Shown here: one piece after another, positions 39,620 to 51,994 of the stretch
How the letters are laid out: each line of letters begins with the position of its first letter
How positions within the stretch are numbered: the first letter of the stretch is position 1
Assembly: GCF_036321535.1 (NCBI RefSeq)
Contig: NC_087437.1
Coordinates: 110,796,001 to 110,860,000, forward strand
DNA length: 64,000 bases
Reading direction: 5' to 3'
Source: Camelus dromedarius
Taxonomy: Eukaryota
Position numbers and translations under genes: made by a program
The notes under the pieces: model-generated
The model's database searches: none
What the model was told of the DNA's origin: nothing
What the model saw: only the letters and a program-made list of their open reading frames with translations

Positions 39620-39860
39620 ACAGAATGGGTAGGAACAGGGGCTTTGGAATCAGAACTAGGTTTGAATCCCAACCCCATCATTCAAAAGCTGAATGACCTT
39701 GGATGCCCCATTTAACTTCTCCAAGCCTCAGTTTCCCTATATGTAAAATGAGGGAAATTATAGTGCCTCTCCTACTGGGTTGTTGTGAAAAATAAATGAA
39801 ATAACTCATATAAACTGCTAAGCAAGGACCTGGCATAAAGCAGCACTCCAATAATAACTT
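39620..39860 (+). mobile_element. Near full-length MIR
   Basis: ggctttggaatcaga...ggtttgaatccc...gcctcagtttcc...tgtaaaatg...cctggcata. Confidence 0.9.
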
Positions 39861-40674
39861 TATAAATCCACAAATACATACATATGTAAAACTAACAACA
39901 AAACCAAGGAGCTCTCATGTGTAATGTACCAAGCCTTTTGAGAGGACACAGATAACACAGTCCCCTTCTTCAAATATCATATCAAGCATATCAGTAAAAC
40001 ACTATGAGAAGAGAGTTATGCAGGAGACATTTAAACTGGGCCAAGTGGAAATTCCTGAATCAGAAATTTAAAAGAGAGAAGGAATGGAACAAAATGGTAA
40101 ACATCTCACACATGCAATACTTCTGTGAGCTCATACACAAACAGCAGAGACTCCTGTGGCTAGAAGTCTTAGCACTCATCAGTGAATTGTGTTTCTGTAC
40201 AAAAAAACCACAAGGAAATTCGCAAACCTCTGCCCAAAAGCACAGGTGACTATGCCGGCTTACACCCTGTTTACTACCAACCTAATGGCAGGAGGAAATC
40301 AACAGCAGAGAGATTAACTATATATTTGACAAAGTCGCAACAGCAAATCAAATACATAAAATCTCTAATCTCAACACTTCTGCCCACTAGCTGTCAGATT
40401 CCTCTGTATCTCATTAAAGACATAAAATCAAGTAAAATAAATTATCATAAAGCCTGTCAGGGGGTTTCCTAACAGCTCTTTGGTCTCTTTTTTCCCAAAT
40501 ACAGAATAACTCCAATGACACTGTTCTCTGAAAGAGTAGCCAGTGAGAAGTAGAATACTGAGTAAGACAGACTTGAAGTATCTGTGCTCTTTCTTTTTAT
40601 ATTGTATAAAACAAATTTTTAATTGTCAGTCAATTGATAATATGTAAAATGAGATAATAAAAGTCAAGGTCTTT

Positions 40675-42822
40675 CCCTATGGCTTCACTGGTGAATTCTA
40701 CCAAACATTTAAAGAATTAATGCCAACCCATCCCAAACTCTCCCAGAAAATTGAAGAGGAGGAAACACTTCCAAACTCATGAGGTCAGAATTACCCTGAT
40801 ACCAAAACCAGACGAGGACACTATAAGAAAAGAAAATTACAGGCCAATATCCCTGATGAAATAGATGTAAAAGTCCTCAACAAAATACTAGCAAATCAAA
40901 TTCAATAGCATATTAAAAGGCTCATAAAATATGATCAGTTAGGATTTATCCTTGGATGTAAGGATGGTTCAATATAAACATTAAGTGTGCTATAACACAG
41001 TAACAGAATGAAGGGGAAGAAACATACAATCATCTCAATGGATGCAGAAAAAGCATTTGACAAAATTTGACATCCTTTCATGATAAAACCTTTCAACAGT
41101 TTAAGTAAGTATAGAAAGATATACAAGCCCACAACTAACATCATTCTCAACGGTGAAAAACTGAAAACTTTTCCTCTAAGATCAGCAACTTTAGACAACT
41201 CTAAGACAAAGATGCCCACTCTCACCACTTCTATCAACATATTACTGGAAATCATACCCAAAGAAATTAGGTAAGAAAAAGAAATAAAAGGTATCCAAAT
41301 CAGCAAGGAAGAAGTTAAATTGTCTCTGCAGATGACAAGATCTTATATACAGTAAACCCTAAAGACTCCACCAAAAAAATTGTTAAAATTACACATACAA
41401 AAATCAGTTGTATTTCTATACACTAACAATGAACTATCCAAAAAAGAAATTAAGAAAACAATCTCATTTATAATACCATCAAAAAGAATAAAAATACTTA
41501 GGAATAAATTTAACTAAGGAGGTGAAAGATCAGAACACTGAAGACTATAAAACATTAATGAAAGAAATTGAAGAAACAAATACATGGAAAGATACCCCAT
41601 GTTCATGGATTGGTAGAATTAATATTGTTAAAATGTCTCATAACTACTCAAAGTGATGTACAGATTCAACACTGTCTCTTTCAAAATTTCAGTGGCATTT
41701 TTCACAGAAATAGGAAAAAAAAAAAAAAACTAAAATTCATACGGAACCAAAAAGGATCCCAAATAACCAAAGCAATTTTGATCTGGAAGAACAAAACTAG
41801 AGGCATCACACTTCCTGAATTTAAAATATTTTACAAAGCTACAGTAATTTAAGCAGTACAGTATGTGCATAAAAATAGAGATATAAGCCAAGGGAACAAA
41901 ATAGAGAGCCCAGAAATAAACCTACACATATATGGTGAATTAATTTATGACAAATGAGTCAAGAATATACAACAAGGAAAGGATAGTCTCTTCAATAAAT
42001 GGTTTTGGGGAAACTGGATATCCACATTCAGAAGAATGAAACTGACCCTTACCTCACACTATATATAAAAATCAACTCAAAATTAACAACTTAAACCTAA
42101 GACCTGAAATTGTAAAACTCATAGAAGAAAACATAGGAATAAAGCTTCTTTATCTTGTTCTGAGCAATGATTTTTTGAATCTGACACAGCTACTAAAGAA
42201 AAAATAAACAAGTGGGTCTACATCAAACTAAAAAGCTTCTGCACAGCAAAGGAAACAATCACCAAAGTGAAGAGATAACCTAGGAAGTGTGAGAAGATAT
42301 TTTCAAGCCATGACCAGAGGTTAATATCTAAAATACACAAGAAACTCAAAGAACTCAATAGCAAAAAACAAACAAACAACAACAACAAAAAAAAAAAACA
42401 GAGAGATAAGCCAATTGAAAAATGGACAAAAGACCTGAAATAGATATTTCTCAAAGGAAGACATACACAGGGCCAACAAGCATATGAAAAGGTGCTCAAC
42501 ATTACTATCAGAGAAATGCAAATCAAAACCACAATGAGATATCACCTCACACCTGTTAGAATGGCTATTATCAAAAAGACAAAAGATAACAAGTGTTGGC
42601 AAGGATGTAGAGAAAAGAAAATCCTTATAAACCACGTGGGAATTTGTACAGCCATTATGGAAAACAGTGTGGAGATTCTTGATAAATTAAAAATAGAGGG
42701 GGAGGGTATAGCTCAGTGATGGAGCACATGCTTAGCATGCATGAGATCCTGGGTTCCATCCCCTGTACTTCCTTTAAAATAAACAAACAAACAAACAAAT
42801 AAACTTAATTACCTCCCCACTA

Positions 42823-42881
<59 letters not shown>

Positions 42882-43586
42882 CAGAACTACCATATGATCC
42901 AGCAGTCCCACTTCTGGGTATATATCCAAAGGAAATGAAAGCTGGATCTTGAAGAAATACGTACACCTCCATGTTCATTGCAGCATTATTCAAAATAGCC
43001 AAGATATGGAAATATGGAACAGCCAAAGTGTTCATCAACAGGTGAATGCATAGAGAAAATAAGATTTTACATACATATGAATATTACCCAGCCTTAAAAA
43101 AGAAGGCAATTCTATCATGTGCAACATGGATGAAACTGGAGGAGATTATATGCTAAGTTAAATAAGCCAGACACAGAAAAACAAACACCACATGATCTCA
43201 CTTATGTGGAATGTAAACGAGTCAAACTCATAAAAATCAGAGTAGAATGATGGCTGCCTGGGGCAGGGGGTGGGGAAAATGAGGAGATGCTGGTCAAAGA
43301 GTATAAAGTTTCAGCCATATAGTATGATTAAGACCTGGATATCTAATACACAGCACAGTAACTATAGCTAATAACACTGTATTCTATACTTGGAATTTGC
43401 TGAGAGAGCAGATTTTAAGTATTCTCACCACAAAAAATTTTTTTAAATTTTTAAAAGATAACTCTGTTAGGTGATGTGTGGTAATCATTTCACAATGCAT
43501 ACATATATCAAATGATCATGTTGTATACCTTAACTGTATACAATTCTTATTTGTTAATTTTACCTCAGTGAAGTTGGGGGAAAATA
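40675..43586 (+). mobile_element. 5'-truncated L1 (L1MA-type, about 2.7 kb plus nested SINE); decayed ORF2 RT and C-terminus
   Basis: ORF2 remnants IYKPTTNIILNGEKLKTFPL and [23 protein letters not shown] broken by stops/frameshifts; perfect 16-bp TSD aaaagtcaaggtcttt at 40659-40674 and 43587-43602. Confidence 0.95.
42698..42878 (+). mobile_element. Camelid-type tRNA-derived SINE nested in L1, with (TAAA)n tail
   Basis: gggggagggtatagctcagtg...cctgggttccatccc; interrupts the L1 motif aaaataga|actaccatatgatcc. Confidence 0.92.
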
Positions 43587-43824
43587 AAAAGTCAAGGTCT
43601 TTGCTATAAAAAGCACAGCAAATAAACTTAAAAGTTAATAAAGTGTATGGTTCAAACTAACATAAAATAGCAACCCATGCAACATTTTTGGTTTAAGAAT
43701 TATGCTTCTGTGTCTTTAATATGGGAAATTAATCATTTTTACCTCTGTGAACTATTATAGTAGACTATATGTTTAAATCATAATTCTCAGTATCATACAC
43801 ATCTTTAAGAAGTATGAAACATAA

Positions 43825-43925
43825 AAAGAATATGAAAACAAATATATGTATGTATATGCATGACTGGGACATTGTGCTGTACACCAGGAATGGACACATT
43901 GTAAGTGACTGTGCTTCAATTTAAA
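43825..43925 (+). mobile_element. Short L1 3' terminus
   Basis: aaagaatatgaaaac...tgctgtacaccag...cttcaa; 18-bp TSD with 2 mismatches at 43807-43824 and 43926-43943. Confidence 0.88.
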
Positions 43926-45032
43926 AAAAAGTATAAAACATAATCACCTTTTTTATAAACTTAGAACACTTAGAATGAACTGTTTTAATCCTAGCTCCCT
44001 CAGTCTAAACATACAGTGATTCTCTAAGTGCCAGGGCCACTGGGCAGTACAAAGACTTTGTAGAATGATGTTTAGTGAACACCTATTTGTGCCTGACCCT
44101 GGGCTATATGTAACTCACCAGGAACTCAAAATAATGGATAAAGTGAACACTGTCCCCACACCTCTTCACACATCCATAGTTTTCTCGCTCTGCCTTACAA
44201 ACACGCTCTAAATGTGCTTTTGCAAATTCCCCCAAATGACCCTGGACTTGTCCACACTGCACCCCCACCTAGTTCAGCTTGTCCTACCCACTGGCAGTTC
44301 AGGTATGCCTTGGGAAACAAGAGTTCTTGTATCCACATGTGATTGTGTGCACCATGTTTTATGGATATATTTACATCATCAAGTTATAGACCAACAACCT
44401 GTATCCATGTAAACAAGGAAAGCATGTGAAATATAAAAAAGCAGAACTCATTACATCATGTGGGGGCACCAGATTTTGTTAAGACCAGCTTAATTTGCTG
44501 GTATTTTCCAGAATGAAAATCTGGAATGCAAAATGTAAAGATGTTTCCAAGGTCATGCCACAAATCATCAGAACAATCTGGGCCAGTGGACAGACAGGCT
44601 TCCTGATCTGACAGCTGCACCTCTATCTGCTGGGATCTGCTGTTTCCAAATTACCCTATGCAGCTGAACATCTAGGGAGTGATACAAATTGCTGGAGGAC
44701 GACCATATTCTTGTAGCTCGCTCTGGGCCGAGTATCCTGTTGTGTTCACAGATGTGCCCCCAGAGTGTCTAGCCAGCATGGACACATAGTAATTTTGAGT
44801 TGAGAGAATGGATCAAACAATTAGGATATTCAAGGAAATACATAACAACCAAAGGGGCTTTAATAATAAAAGTAATCAAAGAAACACATCATCAAATGAA
44901 AAAAGTGTCAAACATCAAAAGGGAAGGTGCCCAAATTGTTTTTAAATTTTCTAACTTCCTTGAGTTATTCTAGATTTTATTTGGTACTTCAGGACTGTCT
45001 GTGTTTGTTTTAAATATAAAAATCAGAGTCAA

Positions 45033-45221
45033 TACATAGAAAATAAACTTATGGTTACCAAAGGGGAAAGGAGGAGGGGAGGATAAATTAGGAGAGTGGG
45101 ATTAGCATATACACACTACTACACATAAAAGAGATAAACAACAAGGTCCTACCTATACAGCATGGGGAACTATACTCCATATCCTGTAATAAACCATAAT
45201 AGAAAAGATTATGAAAAAGAA

Positions 45222-45252
<31 letters not shown>

Positions 45253-45363
45253 GTATATGTATAACCAAATCACTCTGCTGTACACCTGAAACTAGCACAA
45301 CACTGTAAATCAACTATACTTCAATTAAAATAAAAAATAAATTTTCTTACTTGTGTCAAAAAG
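45033..45363 (+). mobile_element. L1 3' end with short non-L1 tag
   Basis: aaacttatggttaccaaagggga...aaatcaactatacttcaa; perfect 14-bp TSD aaaatcagagtcaa at 45019-45032 and 45364-45377; internal (TA)n at about 45221-45260. Confidence 0.92.
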
Positions 45364-45419
45364 AAAATCAGAGTCAACAAAAGTCCATCTCAACTGCTGA
45401 CTTGTATAGTCGTCTGTGT

Positions 45420-45540
45420 TTTCTACGCCTCCATTTCTTTATCTGTAAAATGGGAATAATAATTGTACCCACATCACAGAGTTATTATGGGCTAAAAGAA
45501 TGGGAAAACAGTAAGCACTATATAAGTGTTGCCGATCAAC
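45420..45540 (+). mobile_element. MIR core fragment
   Basis: cctccatttctttatctgtaaaatgggaataataattgtaccc. Confidence 0.85.
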
Positions 45541-45628
45541 ATAATTAAACACTCATTCATTCATGTATTAGAAAAAAGATAAAGGGAGGGAAGAGAGGGC
45601 ACAGGCTGCCAGCAGCATCTAACTCAGC

Positions 45629-45965
45629 CAGGGTTCAGCAAATGTTTCCTGCAAAGGGACAGATAGTAAATATTTTAGGCTTTCCGGGCCATATGGTCTC
45701 TGTCACACCTACTCAACTCTGCCACCGCAGTGTGAAAGCAGCCAGAGGCAATACATGAACAAACGGCCACGGCCACGTTCCAATAAAACTTTGTATCCAT
45801 GGACACTGAAACGTGAATTTCATATGGTTTTCTCATATCACAAAGTATTATTCTTCTTAGGATTTTTTCTCAACCATTTAAAAATGTAAAACCCACTCCT
45901 ACCTTAAGGGACAAACAAAAGAGGCAGCAGATCAGATTAGGTCTCCGGGCCCTGTGCTAAGCACC
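45629..45965 (+). mobile_element. MER58B hAT DNA transposon
   Basis: cagggttcagcaaa...agatagtaaatattttaggcttt...ctactcaactctgcc...gttccaataaaacttt...caaccatttaaaaatgtaaaa. Confidence 0.92.
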
Positions 45966-46482
45966 AGGCGTACTCACTTGGCCCAACTGCATTTCATCTC
46001 CATCTAAACTGCCGGGTAGCTGGGCTTCCAAAATCCCCTGCCTTGGCCACTGACATTTAATCTCTTATTTCCAACCTTCAGAGACAGAAATTTTAAGCAA
46101 TATTTGATGAACTGTCTAACCTACTTAAATGAGAACAAGCTTCAATTTATCTATTTTGGCACTGGTGTTCCTCTTTATAAATCACTTTCTAAAGTACACA
46201 TTTATAACCATAAACGTCGGGCTTCCACTCTGAGTTTCGGGCTCTTTATTTTGCGCCCCAACCACATACTACACCCGACATGTCAAATTTATTTCATTAC
46301 ATTCAGTGATCAGGAATATTTCCAACAGTGGGGAAAAAAACAACTCTGAAACATATCTCTTTATCTGTATGAGCTTCTTCACCTTCAACAGACTTTTTTT
46401 TTAATCTTATTGGAAAATTTTTTCTAGAGAGCACAGACTTTCCAAAGCAAGAATGAGAGAACAGGTAAGTGAGCATACTGAC

Positions 46483-46572
46483 CTTGGGCGGAGGTCATAC
46501 CTCTCACCCTCGGTACACACCTCTCTAGATACGGTACCAATGGACATCATATTTTCCATCTTGATTAAATGG
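46483..46572 (-). other. Candidate internal exon (90 nt) of the minus-strand host gene
   Basis: Acceptor tgctttgtttttacatcactAG|, donor AAG|GTCAGT; contains AAGATGG (strong Kozak, ATG at 46559) opening MENMMSIGTVSREVCTEGERYDLRP. Confidence 0.55.
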
Positions 46573-48489
46573 CTAGTGATGTAAAAACAAAGCATTACTT
46601 TAATACGCTTGAGTCAACTGGAGAACAGAACCTCAGGACTCCAACTTTGTTCACTGTCCACACATCCCTAAAGTATTTTGAGACCCTCGCTAATAAACTG
46701 TGTGTAAAACCTTTACATTATCATTACCAAAAATGACAAGTGATTCATCAGTATGTGTGAGAATTTCACTATCCTACCTTTTAGAAACACCCCTTCCAGT
46801 TTAAACTTGACCTCGATTTTGACCTTTCCTGTGTATGGAAATTAACTCATCTCATGAGCAACCTCTTCAAAGCAAGAATTTAGAACACGGGAACATCTAC
46901 ACAGTCACAGATGTTGTGAGCGTTAAGAACACCACCTGGGAGATTCCAGGAGATGAATCGTTACTTTAGCTCAGAAGGAAACTGTGATTCCTGGGATCCA
47001 ACAGCAGGAGTCAGTTTTTAGGCAAAACTTCATTATGGTTCTTAAAAAGTGAAAAGATGGGGGGGAGGAATTACATAAATGTATATGGTACTATTTGTTC
47101 AAGCCTAGAGCTTTCTAAATGAACCTATGCCAGAATACGATGATACCACCTCTTAAAAACAACTTTTGAACCGCATGCTGCTGAATCCCAACATACTTTA
47201 AAGTGGATGCTTCTCACTCTACTTTCATTAAGGTAAGAGTAATGGCTAAGTTTACTAAGAGCAAAACCAAAGCTCAAAGACTCCAGATTCCTTTTCCAGA
47301 ATCATCTCTCATACCAGGAAAGAAGGGCCCAGACCTGGGCACTCTCATCAGAAGGACTTCTCTGGCCCAACACCAGCCATGCCCTTCACAGAAGACGAGC
47401 AGATGTCCGCACACAGAGGCCAGCCGTGGCCCTCTCCAGAACACACCCAGGTACCCTGGCCCTAGTGCCCCCAGCCAGGCCCTTCCAGAGACTCTTACTT
47501 CCGTCCTACCGTGGGTTGGGGGAGAGGCTGTGCACTCGTGCCCAAGGGCAGCCATTTGTGGGCTTTGCTCCTGTAGGTTGTAGGGTCCATGGTCCAAGAT
47601 GGAGCCAGGGGCAGGAGGATAAGGATGGACCATGGGCTGGGGGCTGGCCATCCTTTACCTCTATGCTCCCTTGTGATATTTCAAGAAGTCTAATCTTTCT
47701 AAATCTGAATCCGGATTTCCAGGTCATGATGAAAGTTTCTTTGTCAAAGTAGGCGAATAAGCCATCTTTTATTTTACAGTTTATTAGCTTGACTTACAAC
47801 TTTTTCTATATTTAGACATAGGTTTTGTGAGCCTTCATTTGTACTCCTGCCCGAGATCAGCTTTCTTCCACCAAAAAAAAAAAAAAAAAGATATTTAAAA
47901 CTAATTTTTTTTAAGTTGTTAGGCATATACTTCCATTCACAGAAATTATGAAAAGATCTTTTTGAGTTATGGGTCGTTTGCCTTGTTAAAAACAAGCAAT
48001 GAGAAGCGACAAGATGCTTGGGTCAACTTATAAGCACTTCTGGGCTTGCTCTTCAGGCATTACTGCACCCCCGCAGCATCCTCCACCTCTCCGCCAGAAG
48101 GTACCCAGGAGACGTGAACACGCCTAGAACCCGAACCAGTCACAACAGGCATCATAAAATATGCATGCATCCGATCCACTGGATTCCACACGAATGATTC
48201 CCCTCACCCGGCACTAATGTACATTTGGATTTTTTCAGGGCAGAATTTCAGTACCTCCTTGGAGGTCAGTTGTTCAAGGGACTCCTCAGTTAGCTATTTT
48301 GCAAAGCTGACAGTGTTTGCTTGAAGGTTGATTATCATAAAAAGTCACTTAAGAGGCAATTTTCATGGAAACAGAACTAGCAGTTAGAACGCCCTAAATC
48401 TTTCCTGTCTTTACCACTGACTATTATAGGATATCATAACCATATGTCCTACATTTTCCAAGACAGCTCCAATTTCATGTATTTTATTA

Positions 48490-48612
48490 CATTAAATTAA
48501 TAAATAGACTTGTACTGAATTTTTAAATTTTTCTTCTTTTTTTTATATTTTCCAAATGGTCTACCATTGAGCACATATTTTTTATAATCAGAAAAAATAA
48601 AACTTCCTTAAA
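48490..48612 (+). mobile_element. L1MC4/5-type tail
   Basis: tatattttccaaatggtctacc...tttttataatcagaaaaaataaa. Confidence 0.6.
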
Positions 48613-48644
48613 TATATATAATATAAATAAATATCCATACATAG

Positions 48645-49310
48645 TATGTCCACACACAAAAATCTGCATATGAATGTTTATAGCATCTTTATTCATAACT
48701 GCCAAAACCAGGAAACAACCAAGACATTCTTCATTTTAGAACTGGATAAATAAACTAGGGTACATCATACAATAGAATATTATTCAGCGCTAAAAAGAAA
48801 TGAGCTATCAAACCACAAAAAGACATGGAATTGCCTTAAATGCATATTACTCAGTGAAAGAAGCCATCTGAAAAGGCTACATACCGCATGATTCCAATTA
48901 TATGGCATTCTTGAAAAGGCAAAACTACAGACAATAAAAAGATCAGTGGTTGCCAGGGAATAAGGAGGAGGAAGGGATAATTAGGTGGAGCACAGAGGAT
49001 TTTTAGGGCAGTGAAACCATTCTGTATGATACTATAATGCTGGATATATATCATGATATATTTGTCAAAACCCACAGAATGTACAACAGAAAGAGTGAAC
49101 CCTAATGTAACTATAGACTCTGGGTGATAATTACATGTTGACATAGGTTCACAGATTCTAACAAAGGTACCACTCTGGCAGGGATGTTGATGATGATGAG
49201 AGGCTGGGGGTTGGGGCTGAGATGCAGGGACAAGAAGGCTGTGGGAACTCTCTGTGCTTTCTGCTCAGCTTTGCTGTGAATCTAAAACCACTCTAAAAAA
49301 TAATTCTATT
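48645..49310 (+). mobile_element. L1MC1/2-type 3' region
   Basis: aaaagaaatgagctatcaaaccac...agtgaaccctaatgtaactat...tgtgaatctaaaaccactctaaaaaataa. Confidence 0.92.
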
Positions 49311-49314
49311 CAGT

Positions 49315-49341
49315 TACACACACACACACACACACACACAC
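49315..49341 (+). repeat. (CA)n microsatellite
   Basis: Read directly. Confidence 0.95.
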
Positions 49342-50569
49342 GTTAGTCGGAACACACGAGTAAATTCAGGGCTTCCTTTGATGATGACTTGGCCACCAAC
49401 ACTGGGCAACCATTCCCTCCACGTCCTTGCTTGTCCCTAAGTCTTGGCTTCTTCTATGGTGTGGCATGATCCCAGTTCCTACCAACAAGCTACAGACCTT
49501 ATTTCAAAACTAGTAAGACTGAGCTGTCTGGAGATGGCCCTGCTTCTCAAGGGGCTACGGATAGTGATGTAACAAACGGCCCGACATAGAGACCTCTATT
49601 TGCCTCCAGAGAGAAGCCACCCATTTGGGACGGTGATGCACACCTCTGCAGTGATGTGACAGTAAGGAGGGCTTTCCCAAGAGCAGCAGAGAGAATCCGG
49701 GGTTATCTACACACTGCAAGTCACCCGATGATGCCAAAGAGGCCAAAAGGAGAGAAACTTCCCTGAATTTCCTATGACAGGAGAACTTACTGTTCAACTC
49801 AAATGAGAAGACAGAGGTGGTTACATTTCTCGACATAAATGGACTTTTCTCTACATAACATTTCTCTACATAAATGAACTTGCGTAGAGGATGCGAGAGT
49901 AGTTAAAGGTGCTAGACGTGAGAATAAATATTGACTAAGACATCAATCGTGGGGAGGGGACCACGTGTTCCCTAGGTTGTCAGCTGAAAATTTTTGTTGA
50001 GAGGTTACCAAAAGGACGTGGGATGCATGGAATTCATTAACAACTATCTGTGAAAGGACATCCTAATTAGGAAGCGACATGCTACATGCCTGCATCAGCA
50101 CGCCGGAGGAGAGACCGGCGCGGGGGGGAGCCGTACAAACGGAAAGAGAAAATAAGACAGTCTAGCAGAGTACAAACAAAGAGACTGAACATTCTCCCAC
50201 TAGATTTAAAATTCAACAGGGATATGCCTTTTTCCCCCTTAATGGCTGCGAAATTGATTGAGATATAGGCTAATAGAGGTCCCAAGGGTGCTAAACGAAA
50301 TTAGAGGAAGTCCTATAATTACAGCTAGCAGTTAATTATTACATGATGGGAACTGTAATCAAAGTAACAGATACACTATTATTTTCCATCTTCTCTGCAA
50401 AACACATCTCACAAAGTCTCTTTAGAGTAGCAGAGCGGCCGGTTTTGTGGTTTAAGAATGTCATTTCCAACCGCAGGCAAATAAAACCCAAGCAAGACCC
50501 TCCTACGGGTGATTTAGCCCGTGGACTCACTCCCTTCTCTTTCCTGCCTTCCCCACACAACCTCTTGTA

Positions 50570-50900
50570 GATCCTCAACCTCTCCCTAGTTCCTTCCCTC
50601 TGCCTGGAATGTTCTTTCCCCAGATTTCTACAAGGCTTGTTCCCTCAGTCCATGCAAACCTTGCAATGACACCTCCTCAGTGAAGCCCTCAGTCCCCCTA
50701 CCTAAAACAGATACCCACCATGGCTCGACATCTGTCCTCTTAACCTGCTTTAGTCTTCAACCGATTTTTGCCACCTGACACTTGTTTTTTTTACCATCTG
50801 TGTTCCCCCATAATATCAGCTCCACAGAAGCAGTGATTCAGTCCACCCTACTCCCACTGTATCCGGTTCTGAGTTGGTCCTCAATAAATCTGATCAAATT
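50570..50900 (+). mobile_element. L2 3' region
   Basis: ttccctctgcctggaatgttctttccccaga...cacctcctcagtgaagcc...tcagctccacagaagcag...ctcaataaat. Confidence 0.85.
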
Positions 50901-51259
50901 AAAGGGAGAGAGGTGGAAATAACCTTTTCTATCCACTTCACCTAAGTGAACAACATTTTAGCCAAGACCGATATGAAAACCATGCAGATGAGGGTCTGCT
51001 TTCAATTCAACTAAAGATCTGTGATGCTACATTGAAAAGGTAATGAATGGAAACTAAGATTGTTGAGGTATCTTTTATGAACTAGGCGCCATGTTTGGCT
51101 CTTAAGAAATATTATCTCTTAACCAAGGACTATCATGCTTATATATAAATGTCATATAATAAGTGACAAAAACTGGGGCAGAGAAGTTGGCATGGCCAAA
51201 GCCACACAGACAGGACAAAGTTCTTACACAGGTCTTTTTTGTATCAAAAAGCACTGTTA

Positions 51260-51994
51260 TGGGGATGTGGAGAAAAGGGAACCCTCATACACTGTTGGTA
51301 GGAATGTAAATTGGAGCAGCCACTGTGAGAAACAATGCAGAGGTTTCTCAAAAAACTAAAAATAGAACTACCATATGAGCTAGCAATTCCACTCCTGGTA
51401 TACATATTCAAAAAAGCAAGAACATTAATTTGAAAAGATACCTGCACCCCAATGTTGATAGCAGCACTATTTACAATGGCCAAGGTATGGAAACAACCTA
51501 AGTGTCCATCAACAGATGAATGGATAAAGAAGATGTGGAATACTACTCAGCCATAAAAAAGGATGAAATCTTGCTATTTGCAGCAACACAGATGGACTTG
51601 GAGGGTATTATACTAAGTGAAGTAAGTCAGATAGAAAAAGAGACATACTATATGAAATAATTTATATGTGGAATCTAAAAACTGTAACAAACTGGTGAAT
51701 ATAACTAAAAAGAAACAGACTCACAGATATAAGAACAAACTAGTGGTTATCAGTGTGGAGAGGGAAGGGAGGAGGGGCAAGATAGGGGTAGGGGAGTAAG
51801 AGGCACAGACTATTATGTAATAAGCTACAGGGCTGTATTGTACAGCACAGGGAATATAGTCAATATTTTATGATAACTGTAAATGGAGTATAACCTTTAA
51901 ACATTATGAATCACTATATTGTACATATGTAACTTATGTACTATTGTACATTAACTATATTTCCATTAAAACATAAAAATAAAATAAAAATAAA
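51260..51994 (+). mobile_element. 5'-truncated L1 (L1MA9/cetartiodactyl type)
   Basis: ggatgtggagaaaagggaaccctc...aaaatagaactaccatatga...tacagcacagggaatatag...A-rich tail. Confidence 0.93.

Noticed and set aside
40935..42719. Several ORFs resembling reverse transcriptase or hydrophobic proteins
   Set aside because: Broken L1 ORF2 remnants and their antisense frames; not functional CDS
46461..46470. Perfect plus-strand donor CAG|GTAAGT next to the minus-strand exon
   Set aside because: An isolated 9-mer can occur by chance in 64 kb; no supporting plus-strand gene structure
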